Assembly: GCA_045563135.1 (NCBI GenBank)
Contig: JBJKUL010000001.1
Location: 598,650 to 662,649, forward strand
Source of the DNA: Candidatus Actinomarina sp.
Lineage (GTDB): Bacteria > Actinomycetota > Acidimicrobiia > Actinomarinales > Actinomarinaceae
Direction: 5' to 3'
Length of the DNA stretch: 64,000 nt
The position numbers and the translations under genes are program-made. Positions within the stretch are counted from its first letter, which is position 1. Each line of letters begins with the position of its first letter. The notes under the pieces were generated by a model that worked only from the letters and a program-made list of their open reading frames with translations, was not told where the DNA came from and made no database searches. This document shows, in pieces, positions 18,658 through 26,120 of the stretch.

Positions 18658-19500
18658 ATGGATACTCTGAAAATATCAAATATAACGGGTTATAAGTTTA
18701 TCCCTATAACCGATAGAAAATCGCTACAAGAAAAAATACTAAAGCATTCAAATAAATTAAGCCTAAAAGGGACTGTTTTAATTAGTGAAAAAGGATTAAA
18801 TTTTTCAATTGCTGGGGAAAATGAAGCTATTCAAGATTTCATTAAATTTTTACGCTCTGATAAAAGATTTAGTGAAATAGATATTAAAACAACCTATAAC
18901 GAATATCAGCCTTTTAGAAAAATGCTAGTGAGAATCAAGAAAGAAATAATTTCAATGGGAATAGATGAAATTGATCCCTCTACTTTTACTGGTGAAAAGA
19001 TTACACCTAAAGAACTCCAGGATAAACTTAATAACAATGAGGACATTGTCTTGCTTGATACAAGAAATGAGTATGAGGTTAGATTAGGTACTTTTGAAGA
19101 TGCAGTAGATCTTAATCTTGATTCGTTTAGAGATTTTCCTACCAAAATTATGAGTTTAGATCAAAAAATGAAGAATAAAGAGATTGTTATGTTTTGCACA
19201 GGTGGTGTACGTTGTGAAAAAGCTTCAGCATTAATGTTAAAAAATGGCTTTAAAAATGTAAAACAAATTGATGGTGGTGTTATTAAATACTTCGAAGATA
19301 CCGGTGGTTCATATTGGAATGGTGATTGTTTTGTGTTTGATGATAGAGTTGCTTTAGATAAAAATCTCAACGAAACTGATTATATTCTCTGTTTCAGATG
19401 CAGAGAACCTCTAAATAAAAAAGAAATTGACTCAGATAAATATAAAATAGACGAATACTGTCCTTACTGTTTTGATGAAGTGTTTTCTAAACGTAGATAA
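18658..19500 (+). CDS. trhO: Rhodanese-domain tRNA U34 hydroxylase (UPF0176/TrhO family)
   Basis: It has the UPF0176 architecture with the rhodanese active-site loop FCTGGVRCEKA and a C-terminal Cys cluster CFRC...CPYC. Confidence 0.8.
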   Translation: MDTLKISNITGYKFIPITDRKSLQEKILKHSNKLSLKGTVLISEKGLNFSIAGENEAIQDFIKFLRSDKRFSEIDIKTTYNEYQPFRKMLVRIKKEIISMGIDEIDPSTFTGEKITPKELQDKLNNNEDIVLLDTRNEYEVRLGTFEDAVDLNLDSFRDFPTKIMSLDQKMKNKEIVMFCTGGVRCEKASALMLKNGFKNVKQIDGGVIKYFEDTGGSYWNGDCFVFDDRVALDKNLNETDYILCFRCREPLNKKEIDSDKYKIDEYCPYCFDEVFSKRR

Positions 19501-19502
19501 AC

Positions 19503-19664
19503 ATGCCTTTTAATTTTTACTTCCAAGAAGGTGACCTTTGGGCTTTCTATATATTCGGATTTATGGTTATCGTTGCAATATTTTTTAATATCTATATGAA
19601 GTATTGGTGGTGGAAAAATGCTGAAGAAATGAAAAACTTTAAATCATCACTAGAAGAAGAATAA
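19503..19664 (+). CDS. Hypothetical 53-aa single-pass membrane peptide
   Basis: The ATG lies 3 nt after the trhO stop. The peptide reads MPFNFYFQEGDLWAFYIFGFMVIVAIFFNIYMKYWWWKNAEEMKNFKSSLEEE and is not in the ORF track. Confidence 0.3.
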   Translation: MPFNFYFQEGDLWAFYIFGFMVIVAIFFNIYMKYWWWKNAEEMKNFKSSLEEE

Positions 19665-19725
19665 TTTTTTATAAGAGTTTCAAGTTGCTAAACCTACTCA
19701 ACATACTCAAGTTGAAAATATATTT

Positions 19726-19775
19726 TGCCCAGAGGAAGAATCGAACTGCCGACCCCTTGTTTTTCAGACATGGGG
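19726..19775 (-). pseudogene. Decayed 3' half of a tRNA-Phe(GAA)
   Basis: The reverse complement reads CCCCATGT-CTGAAAA-ACAAGGGG-TC-GGCAG-TTCGATT-CTTCC-TCTGGGC-A. This gives an anticodon loop with GAA, a T-loop TTCGATT and an acceptor 3' strand. There is one mismatch in the anticodon stem and one in the T stem, and no D-arm or 5' acceptor strand follows. Confidence 0.5.
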
Positions 19776-19792
19776 TCACGTATAATGTTTAG

Positions 19793-20623
19793 ATGAAAAG
19801 AATTTATACATTTGGTCATGAACAAGTCGAACGGAATATAACAGTTGGAGACATTCTTGAAAATAAAAAAAATAATATAAAGATGACCCAAGTAACAGCT
19901 GGTAATGCAGAGGAAGCAGAAATAATTGCAGATCAAAATATTGATATGATCATAACTGGCAGTGACTGGTATCAAGATGTAAGAAGCGGAGCTCCTAATA
20001 CATTCATCACAGCAGCATTATTTGCAGGACGATTTATAACAAATGAAGAAATACTTAGGGGGGCTTTTGAAGTCATGATGAAAGGTGCCGATTCTGTTCT
20101 AACTCCAAGAAGTTTTGATGTAGTTGAAATGCTTGCAAAAGAAGGTATGCAAGTTCAAGGCCATGTAGGAATGATTCCTTCAATGGCCACTAAGTATGGT
20201 GGTATTAGAACAGTAGGCAAAACGGCTGATGAAGCTTTAAATATTTTAAAAGATATGAAAAGATTAGAGGATGCTGGAGCTTTCGGGGCTGAAGTTGAAT
20301 GCGTTGCGGAAGATGCATTGATAGAACTTAAGAAACATACCTCCCTTGTACTAAACTCCCTTGGTTCAGGAACAGGTGGAGATGTTATGTTCCTTTTTTT
20401 TGAAGACATCTGTGGAGAAACAATCGGCATAAAAATGCCTCGTCATGCAAAATCTTGGGGAAATGGTAACTCTATAAAAGAAAAATTAAATAAAGAGAGA
20501 GCAAAAGCTATAAAAGGATTTAAAACTGATGTTGAAAATTTGACGTATCCGGATAGTGATCATGTTGTTGAGATGCTCCCAGGTGAGAAGGACATTCTTT
20601 TAGAGAAACTAGATTCTCTGTAA
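19793..20623 (+). CDS. PanB (ketopantoate hydroxymethyltransferase)-family protein, divergent
   Basis: It aligns by eye to PanB (RSGAPN, VQGHVGMIP, GGIRTVGKT, AGAFGAEVECV). It lacks the GDSLGM...H segment, and the DxPF metal-ligand region reads AALFAG. Confidence 0.6.
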   Translation: MKRIYTFGHEQVERNITVGDILENKKNNIKMTQVTAGNAEEAEIIADQNIDMIITGSDWYQDVRSGAPNTFITAALFAGRFITNEEILRGAFEVMMKGADSVLTPRSFDVVEMLAKEGMQVQGHVGMIPSMATKYGGIRTVGKTADEALNILKDMKRLEDAGAFGAEVECVAEDALIELKKHTSLVLNSLGSGTGGDVMFLFFEDICGETIGIKMPRHAKSWGNGNSIKEKLNKERAKAIKGFKTDVENLTYPDSDHVVEMLPGEKDILLEKLDSL

Positions 20624-20769
20624 TGAAAAACTGGCAAAAACTAGCAGTTGGACTAGGTGTAATAGGTATAGCCTATAATTTTGCCATAAGATATGAAACT
20701 CTACCCTACTATCAGTTAGTTGCTATTGCTGTTGGTGTTTTTTATATTATTAAAAAGTTTAGGAAATAA
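20623..20769 (+). CDS. Hypothetical 48-aa two-helix membrane peptide
   Basis: Its ATG overlaps the panB-like stop (TAATG). The peptide reads MKNWQKLAVGLGVIGIAYNFAIRYETLPYYQLVAIAVGVFYIIKKFRK. It overlaps the 3' end of the convergent DUF1295 ORF by 54 nt, so it is uncertain. Confidence 0.25.
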   Translation: MKNWQKLAVGLGVIGIAYNFAIRYETLPYYQLVAIAVGVFYIIKKFRK

Positions 20770-21618
20770 TACAGGGGTATTCTTTTTGTAATCCTGGTAA
20801 GCAACGTCTTGTCCCCATTTCTTATCTGCACTTTTCTCTAAAAGTGGAATACCACTACCTTTTGAAAGCAACATGTAAACAAATAACGGGGATACTAAGG
20901 CGACGTAACCAATACCGTTCAAACTAGTAAAAGCAATTACTGAAACACCTGACCATAGGGTTATTTCACCAAAATAATTTGGATGCCTACTTCTACTCCA
21001 TAATCCAGTAGATATAAATTTACCTTTATTGTTTATATCTTTACGAAATTTTCTTTTTTGACTATCAGAAATGACCTCAATAGAAAATCCAATGATCCAA
21101 ATAAATATACCAAGCAGAGATAATAATTTAAGCGTGTTCCCTTCTTGTGAAATCATGGCAACATAAACTCCTATACAAGTAAAGGACACCCACATTGCCT
21201 GCCCAGTCCAATATTGTAAAAAGTGAAAAAATGATTGTTTGGGTTTGGTAAAACGACTATCACTACCATCTTCAAGTATCCTCCTGAAAAGGAAAAGGCC
21301 TAACCTTAATGACCAAATTAAAACAAGAATTAGTAAAATGCTATCTGTTTGTGTTCTGACTGGAAGAGAATAATATACTAATAAAGTTGAAGATGAATAA
21401 GTTAAGCTTCCTATGAAGTCGTAATATCTCTCTGTTTGATATATAAATCCAAAAATGAAACCAATAATCTGTACTATCCAAACATAAAATAGGGTGAATT
21501 GAAGAATGTTTAGATTAAAAATTTGAAGTTCTGTGTTTGGGGTAATTAACGAAAGAAGTCCGATTATTGTCGTAAAAAAAACAATAAGTCTCAAATGTCC
21601 CATATTTTTTGATGTCAT
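20716..21618 (-). CDS. DUF1295 / steroid 5-alpha-reductase-like membrane protein
   Basis: It is a polytopic membrane protein with the family signature SRSRHPNYFGEITLW. Confidence 0.75.
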   Translation of the reverse strand: MTSKNMGHLRLIVFFTTIIGLLSLITPNTELQIFNLNILQFTLFYVWIVQIIGFIFGFIYQTERYYDFIGSLTYSSSTLLVYYSLPVRTQTDSILLILVLIWSLRLGLFLFRRILEDGSDSRFTKPKQSFFHFLQYWTGQAMWVSFTCIGVYVAMISQEGNTLKLLSLLGIFIWIIGFSIEVISDSQKRKFRKDINNKGKFISTGLWSRSRHPNYFGEITLWSGVSVIAFTSLNGIGYVALVSPLFVYMLLSKGSGIPLLEKSADKKWGQDVAYQDYKKNTPVLFPKLFNNIKNTNSNSN

Positions 21619-21655
21619 TATTTAAGTGTATGTAATTCAATAATTTAGTTACAAA

Positions 21656-21697
21656 AGAAAAAAGGGAATTCCCATCCTGGAGAAACCCCTCTTTTCT
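21656..21697 (-). terminator. Long hairpin with U-rich 3' side, putative terminator downstream of tRNA-Val
   Basis: The minus-strand RNA AGAAAAGAGGG-(20 nt loop containing GGGAAUUCCC)-CCCUUUUUUCU is followed by UUUG. It forms 11 pairs including one G-U that is an A-C mismatch on the plus strand. Confidence 0.4.
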
Positions 21698-21941
21698 AAA
21701 TGACCACTGTAAATTCCTTTATACATACTTAAGTGAGTTGAATACTACCCAATTAAGCGGTCATCTTAACTATATAGTAAATGTTTTTATAAGCCAATAA
21801 TGTTTTAATAACTAAGAAGAAACCTGTATATGGATAAGCACACTAAGGATGACCAAATAAAAATTTCTAATCTTTTAGTTATCCAGAAACGTCCATGTCG
21901 AAAATATATAAAAACTAATCTTTGTAACTGATTCATTCTTG

Positions 21942-22015
21942 TGGGAGATACAAGATTTGAACTTGTGACATCTACCTTGTCGAGGTAGCGCTCTGCCAGA
22001 CTGAGCTAATCTCCC
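21942..22015 (-). tRNA. tRNA-Val(GAC) with an unusual anticodon loop (C33)
   Basis: The manual cloverleaf is GGGAGAT-TA-GCTC-AGTCTGGCA-GAGC-G-CTACC-TCGACAA-GGTAG-ATGTC-ACAAG-TTCAAAT-CTTGT-ATCTCCC-A. It is 74 nt with no encoded CCA. Confidence 0.8.
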
Positions 22016-22054
22016 TTTTGTCAAATATAGCAATAAATTAGTATTAAGTAAATC

Positions 22055-22258
22055 CTAACGTTCTACGGTGTAAATCCTTTTACCAAATCTTAAAAGAAGT
22101 CTCTCAGCTAGTTCTATCAACAAATTTAATACCCAAAGTCCAATGTATAGTGATAAGAATATATTTATAAAACTACTAATAAAAAATACTATTACAACAT
22201 ATATGAAAATCCAAGAGATTGTAAATTTGAAAGAATATATAGGTGATTGAGAATTCAT
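22055..22258 (-). CDS. Hypothetical 67-aa membrane protein
   Basis: It has two hydrophobic helices. Its ATG overlaps the SRAP stop (TAATG), and it ends 39 nt before tRNA-Val. Confidence 0.4.
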   Translation of the reverse strand: MNSQSPIYSFKFTISWIFIYVVIVFFISSFINIFLSLYIGLWVLNLLIELAERLLLRFGKRIYTVER

Positions 22259-22899
22259 TAAAACGGTACTTCCGTGTATTTGTTTATTAGTGAGGAATTT
22301 TTATTTTTGGGGTTATTTACTGCCTTGCTCACCCTGTGAAAATCTACAATCTTTTTTTTACTCTCAGTTATTTCACGATATAGATTATCAATATCGCCAT
22401 CTGATAGCCAGTGATCTTTATTCTCATTATTTAGTAATAAAGGTGTTCTATTGTGTACGTTAGCCAAATCTCCATAAGCTTCTTGAGTAATTATTGAAAA
22501 TTCAACATCACCACTCGTACGGTTCCAGTAAAGACCAGCTGCATACACTACAGGTTCATCTGTGTAAAAATAATACGGATTTTTTTCATCATTTTCAGAT
22601 TTCCATTCATACCACCCAGAAATAGGTACTAAACAACGGTTTTTTTTGTATGCAGACTGAAATGTTCTTTTCTCTCTTATTGATTCCCAGCGAGTATTAA
22701 ATAGAGGTTTGGAGTTCTTCTGTTTTTTTAACCAGTCAGGGAAGAATCCCCAAGTAGCAATCTTTATATTACTATCAACAACTATAGGTACACGGGATTG
22801 AGGTGTGATGTTAAAACTTGTCTCATAATCAAAAGAGTTTTCTGTTCTGTATCCTTCAGAAATTAAATTGTCATAATTCAAGTAGTATCTTCCACACAT
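22258..22899 (-). CDS. SOS response-associated peptidase (SRAP/YedK family, abasic-site DNA-protein crosslink)
   Basis: It has the invariant N-terminus MCGRY. SRAP motifs NTRWESI and CLVPISGWYEW are present. Confidence 0.9.
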   Translation of the reverse strand: MCGRYYLNYDNLISEGYRTENSFDYETSFNITPQSRVPIVVDSNIKIATWGFFPDWLKKQKNSKPLFNTRWESIREKRTFQSAYKKNRCLVPISGWYEWKSENDEKNPYYFYTDEPVVYAAGLYWNRTSGDVEFSIITQEAYGDLANVHNRTPLLLNNENKDHWLSDGDIDNLYREITESKKKIVDFHRVSKAVNNPKNKNSSLINKYTEVPF

Positions 22900-23577
22900 T
22901 TATATCATTAACTCACTTTTATCTAGGATATCTCCATGTTTATATGTATCATGCTTATCTTTAAATATTATATGCACATTATTACTTCCTATAATTTCAA
23001 TCTTATTTTCATTTAAAGTAAAATAAGTATCTTTTTCCAAGCATAAAAGTTTAAAGTTACCTCTATTCAAAACCTTAACTGTATTAGTTATCCAAGAATA
23101 AAATGCTTCACCATAATGTGGTATCACAATCACATTATTAACTAAATTAAATCCATAGCCTTTAATCATTTTCTCACCCATTATCATGGCACCAGCGCTG
23201 CACCCAGCTAAAATTCCGCCGTTATTATGAATCTTCAATATTTCATTCATAAAAGGAGTGTTTTTTATTGTTTCATATAAATAGGTTGGGTTTCCACCGG
23301 AGAAATAGATGAAATTCGCTTTTCTAACGGATTCTAATAAGTGGTCATCAAAAAAATCATTATGTTTAAGAGCTCGTATGTTTTCATGTTCTACTTCAAG
23401 TTTTGAGAAATGTTCAGTTGCAAGATTAGACCAATAATCAATTCGTGACTCACTCTCCTTACCAGCTGCAGTTGGGAAAGAAAGAACATTTGGTTTTTCA
23501 CTTAACTTATTTAATAAAATTTTATCGGCATTTAATATACCCGGTAAATATTCTCCTGATCCTGTGATTGCTATCAA
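22900..23577 (-). CDS. Peptidase S51 / type 1 glutamine amidotransferase-like (PepE/cyanophycinase-like)
   Basis: Motifs are IYFSGGNPTYL and GCSAGAMIMGE (nucleophile Ser). I trimmed the start to the in-frame TTG at 23577 because the ORF-track N-terminus runs through tRNA-Cys. Confidence 0.7.
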   Translation of the reverse strand: MIAITGSGEYLPGILNADKILLNKLSEKPNVLSFPTAAGKESESRIDYWSNLATEHFSKLEVEHENIRALKHNDFFDDHLLESVRKANFIYFSGGNPTYLYETIKNTPFMNEILKIHNNGGILAGCSAGAMIMGEKMIKGYGFNLVNNVIVIPHYGEAFYSWITNTVKVLNRGNFKLLCLEKDTYFTLNENKIEIIGSNNVHIIFKDKHDTYKHGDILDKSELMI

Positions 23578-23592
23578 TTCTTCTCCGAAAGT

Positions 23593-23666
23593 TGGAGGCG
23601 ACGACCAGAATCGAACTGGTGTACACGGTTTTGCAGACCGCTGCGTAGCCACTCCGCCACGTCGCC
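23593..23666 (-). tRNA. tRNA-Cys(GCA), CCA encoded
   Basis: The reverse complement is GGCGACG...GCGGT-CTGCAAA-ACCGT-GTAC-ACCAG-TTCGATT-CTGGT-CGTCGCC-T-CCA. Confidence 0.9.
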
Positions 23667-23671
23667 ATTTG

Positions 23672-23746
23672 AGCGGTAGAAGGGATTCGAACCCTCGACT
23701 TTCACCTTGGCAAGGTGACGCTCTAGCCAGACTGAGCTACTACCGC
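23672..23746 (-). tRNA. tRNA-Gly(GCC)
   Basis: The reverse complement is GCGGTAG-TA-GCTC-AGTCTGGCTA-GAGC-G-TCACC-TTGCCAA-GGTGA-AAGTC-GAGGG-TTCGAAT-CCCTT-CTACCGC-T. It is 75 nt and lies 5 nt upstream of tRNA-Cys. Confidence 0.9.
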
Positions 23747-23788
23747 ATAAAATCTATATTAGCTAAAAGTGAACTTTAAAAAAACAAA

Positions 23789-24220
23789 TTATCCTGTAGA
23801 ACCAAATCCATCCGACGAACGTTCAGTAACATTTAGTTCATCTACAACATCGAACTCAACATTATCAGAATTTACTAATACAAGTTGAGCAACCCGTTCT
23901 TGTTTAGATATATTGTAATTGATGTCACTATGGTTGATAAGTGGAATTAAGATTTCTCCTGTGTAACCAGGATCGATTAAACCAGGTGAATTGATTAAAG
24001 TAATTTGGTGTTTAGTAGCTAAACCAGATCGGGGTAATACAAAACCAGCAACTCCAGCAGGTAAAGAGATTGATAATCCAGTACGAACTAAAGTAACTTG
24101 CTTACTAAGTAACGTTAGATTTTCGACTGATGCTAAATCATAACCAATATCTAGTTCATGTTGTTTTTTTGGAACTAAAGCTTCATTAGTTAGTAATTTT
24201 ATTTGAATGTTTTTACTCAT
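23789..24220 (-). CDS. dut: dUTP diphosphatase
   Basis: dUTPase motifs are DIGYDL, PRSGLA and GLIDPGYTGE. The start is set at the internal MSKNIQIK Met at 24220, because the longer ORF-track N-terminus is hydrophobic read-in. Confidence 0.85.
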   Translation of the reverse strand: MSKNIQIKLLTNEALVPKKQHELDIGYDLASVENLTLLSKQVTLVRTGLSISLPAGVAGFVLPRSGLATKHQITLINSPGLIDPGYTGEILIPLINHSDINYNISKQERVAQLVLVNSDNVEFDVVDELNVTERSSDGFGSTG

Positions 24221-24242
24221 ACACAATGGTAACCTTTCATTG

Positions 24243-25340
24243 ATGAATATTAGAGATTTTATATTTATAAATAAAGCTAAAAGTACAGATAGAATCAAAA
24301 TTCTAGAATTACTTGGATTTGAAACAGAAACTGTAATAAGTCATGCACCAGAAGCGTATGTTGACTCAAATGAAGAAGTTGATGTTGATAATTTTGAACT
24401 ATATCTGGATGAAAATAATGATCAAAAACAGATTATGAATACAGAATCAATAAGATCTCCAATAGAAACTTATATAAAAGACACAGAAGACATTTACGCT
24501 ACAACAGAGTCAACAACTAATGGAAGTCTTGAACACCCAACAGAAACTTTTAAACCGGTAAATGTTACAAGTAAAATTAAAAAAATATGGACTGATGTTG
24601 AATCTAGAAGACAATGGGTAACTCCTGTGCTCATAGGAATTGTTGTGATTACGGTAACGACTGCTGCATTCAATACCTTCGCATCTAGGAATGAGGCACA
24701 AGATGAAGTTATTGCTATCAGTTCGAATTTAGCGAGTGAAACCAATACTCTTATAGATGGATTAGAGAATGTGTTAGGAATTTCAACTGATACATTTTAC
24801 TCAAAATATGATATTTCAAATGCCAGTGCATATCTGCAAGCTGTAGAATCCTCAACTTTAGAATACCAAAGTTTAATCACTCAAAAGGAAGATATAGATC
24901 TGCAAAGTATTAACTACAATCTTTCTACAATATTTAATCTGATAAATGAACTTGATAATTTATTGGCATACCGCATATTAGTTTCTGAAATTTTGATATA
25001 TGATAATCTACTAGATATAGATGAAACTACAGAAGTTGATGTTTTGACAACTACTCTTTCTGAAATAACTGCTACAAGTAAAAGAAACTATTCTGAATTA
25101 CCTGATATTGAAGAAATGAACAATCATAAAAACCTTATCAATACCGCAATTATAACCGCAGAAGATTTACATGGTAGATTACTTGCTGCTTTACGTAATG
25201 CCGAATATGAAGTAGTAAATTCTATAGCGAGTGCTCTTTTGTTAAACAAAGAAACTGAATTAGTAGCATTTGAAAATTCTTTAGAAATATTTAAAGAAAA
25301 TAAAACAGCTGTTTTTCAAAGCATACAAACCTTAGATTAA
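24243..25340 (+). CDS. Hypothetical membrane-anchored protein (acidic N-terminus, one TM, helical ectodomain)
   Basis: It is a roughly 365-aa ORF with a single TM (WVTPVLIGIVVITVTTAAFNTF) and no recognisable domain. The start was chosen at the second Met to avoid overlapping the dut start. Confidence 0.5.
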   Translation: MNIRDFIFINKAKSTDRIKILELLGFETETVISHAPEAYVDSNEEVDVDNFELYLDENNDQKQIMNTESIRSPIETYIKDTEDIYATTESTTNGSLEHPTETFKPVNVTSKIKKIWTDVESRRQWVTPVLIGIVVITVTTAAFNTFASRNEAQDEVIAISSNLASETNTLIDGLENVLGISTDTFYSKYDISNASAYLQAVESSTLEYQSLITQKEDIDLQSINYNLSTIFNLINELDNLLAYRILVSEILIYDNLLDIDETTEVDVLTTTLSEITATSKRNYSELPDIEEMNNHKNLINTAIITAEDLHGRLLAALRNAEYEVVNSIASALLLNKETELVAFENSLEIFKENKTAVFQSIQTLD

Positions 25341-25804
25341 TTAAATTCAGCGGCTTCTTTTTCAAAGTCTGATGCATCAGAAAATTCTTTATAAACTGAA
25401 GCAAATCTCACATAAGCTACTTCATTTATCTCTTTTAGGTGTGATAACACAGTTTCACCAATAAATTCTGATTGTACTTTGTTTCCCTGTTCTTTAATAT
25501 CCATATAAATTGCATCAACTAATGCTTTTAACTTCTTTTCACTTAGTTCCTGTCCTCCGAATGCATTCTGTACACCTTGAAATAACTTTTCATGATTAAA
25601 TTCTTCTCGATTACCATTCCTTTTTATGACTATTATCCCAATAGATGCTTTTTCATATGTAGTAAACCTGGTTTTACATGAAGTACAACTTCTGCGACGA
25701 CGAATTGAAGTACCTTCACTATTTTTACGTGAGTCTACAACTGATGTTTCTTCTGCTTGACAGAAAGGGCATACCATATATGGTATATTATAAAGTTTTG
25801 ACAT
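25337..25804 (-). CDS. nrdR: Transcriptional repressor NrdR
   Basis: It has the zinc ribbon CPFC...CTSC and an ATP-cone. The canonical NrdR start MxCPFC suggests the internal Met at 25777 may be the true start. Confidence 0.9.
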   Translation of the reverse strand: MSKLYNIPYMVCPFCQAEETSVVDSRKNSEGTSIRRRRSCTSCKTRFTTYEKASIGIIVIKRNGNREEFNHEKLFQGVQNAFGGQELSEKKLKALVDAIYMDIKEQGNKVQSEFIGETVLSHLKEINEVAYVRFASVYKEFSDASDFEKEAAEFN

Positions 25805-25820
25805 TATTTAAGCAACCAAT

Positions 25821-26084
25821 CTAGGGTATTTTTATAACCTGATCAACATAAATGACAGATTCTTCTAAATTATTGATTTTTTTAACTTCAAAAACAAACT
25901 TTGATATATTATTGTGATTTAATTTAGAACCAATAACCCATAGATTATCTCCTTTTTTAACTTTATAAGTTAAATTAGAAGCATTTAGGTCTGGCTTGTT
26001 CTCATTAATTATTAATGGTGTTGTCATTAAAGAAAAAAGAACAACAAACGATACTAAATAAAACCAATATTTTATATTTTCCAT
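25821..26084 (-). CDS. LysM domain membrane protein, divergent from lexA
   Basis: It has an N-terminal TM plus the LysM core YKVKKGDNLWVIGSKL. The start is set at MENIKYW (26084). This position matches the LexA-regulated LysM gene next to lexA in mycobacteria, as I recall. Confidence 0.7.
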   Translation of the reverse strand: MENIKYWFYLVSFVVLFSLMTTPLIINENKPDLNASNLTYKVKKGDNLWVIGSKLNHNNISKFVFEVKKINNLEESVIYVDQVIKIP

Positions 26085-26120
26085 ATTTAAACAATAGAAA
26101 TTAGATAAGACAATTTTTTT

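Noticed and set aside
21664-21673. A perfect 10-bp palindrome GGGAATTCCC could be a protein-binding or restriction-related site.
   Set aside because: It is a single occurrence, embedded in the loop of a larger hairpin that is adequately explained as a terminator. There is no adjacent R-M gene.
18345-21697. A GAGGGGTT(T)CTC motif is shared between the 5' UTR hairpins of the AKR gene (18345-18357) and the DUF1295 gene (21680-21697). This could indicate a common riboregulator.
   Set aside because: The similarity is confined to the G-rich arm of two otherwise different hairpins. The same GAGGGG/CCCCTC composition is used by ordinary terminators in this window (48512-48545, 33731-33756). It is likely a compositional coincidence.
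23564-23779. A plus-strand 71-aa ORF, and the N-terminal 25 codons of the minus-strand ORF 22900..23652.
   Set aside because: Both run through the tRNA-Cys and tRNA-Gly genes, and their composition (RTGVHGFADRC..., SAKPCTPVRFWSSPP) is just translated tRNA sequence. I trimmed the S51 peptidase to the TTG at 23577.
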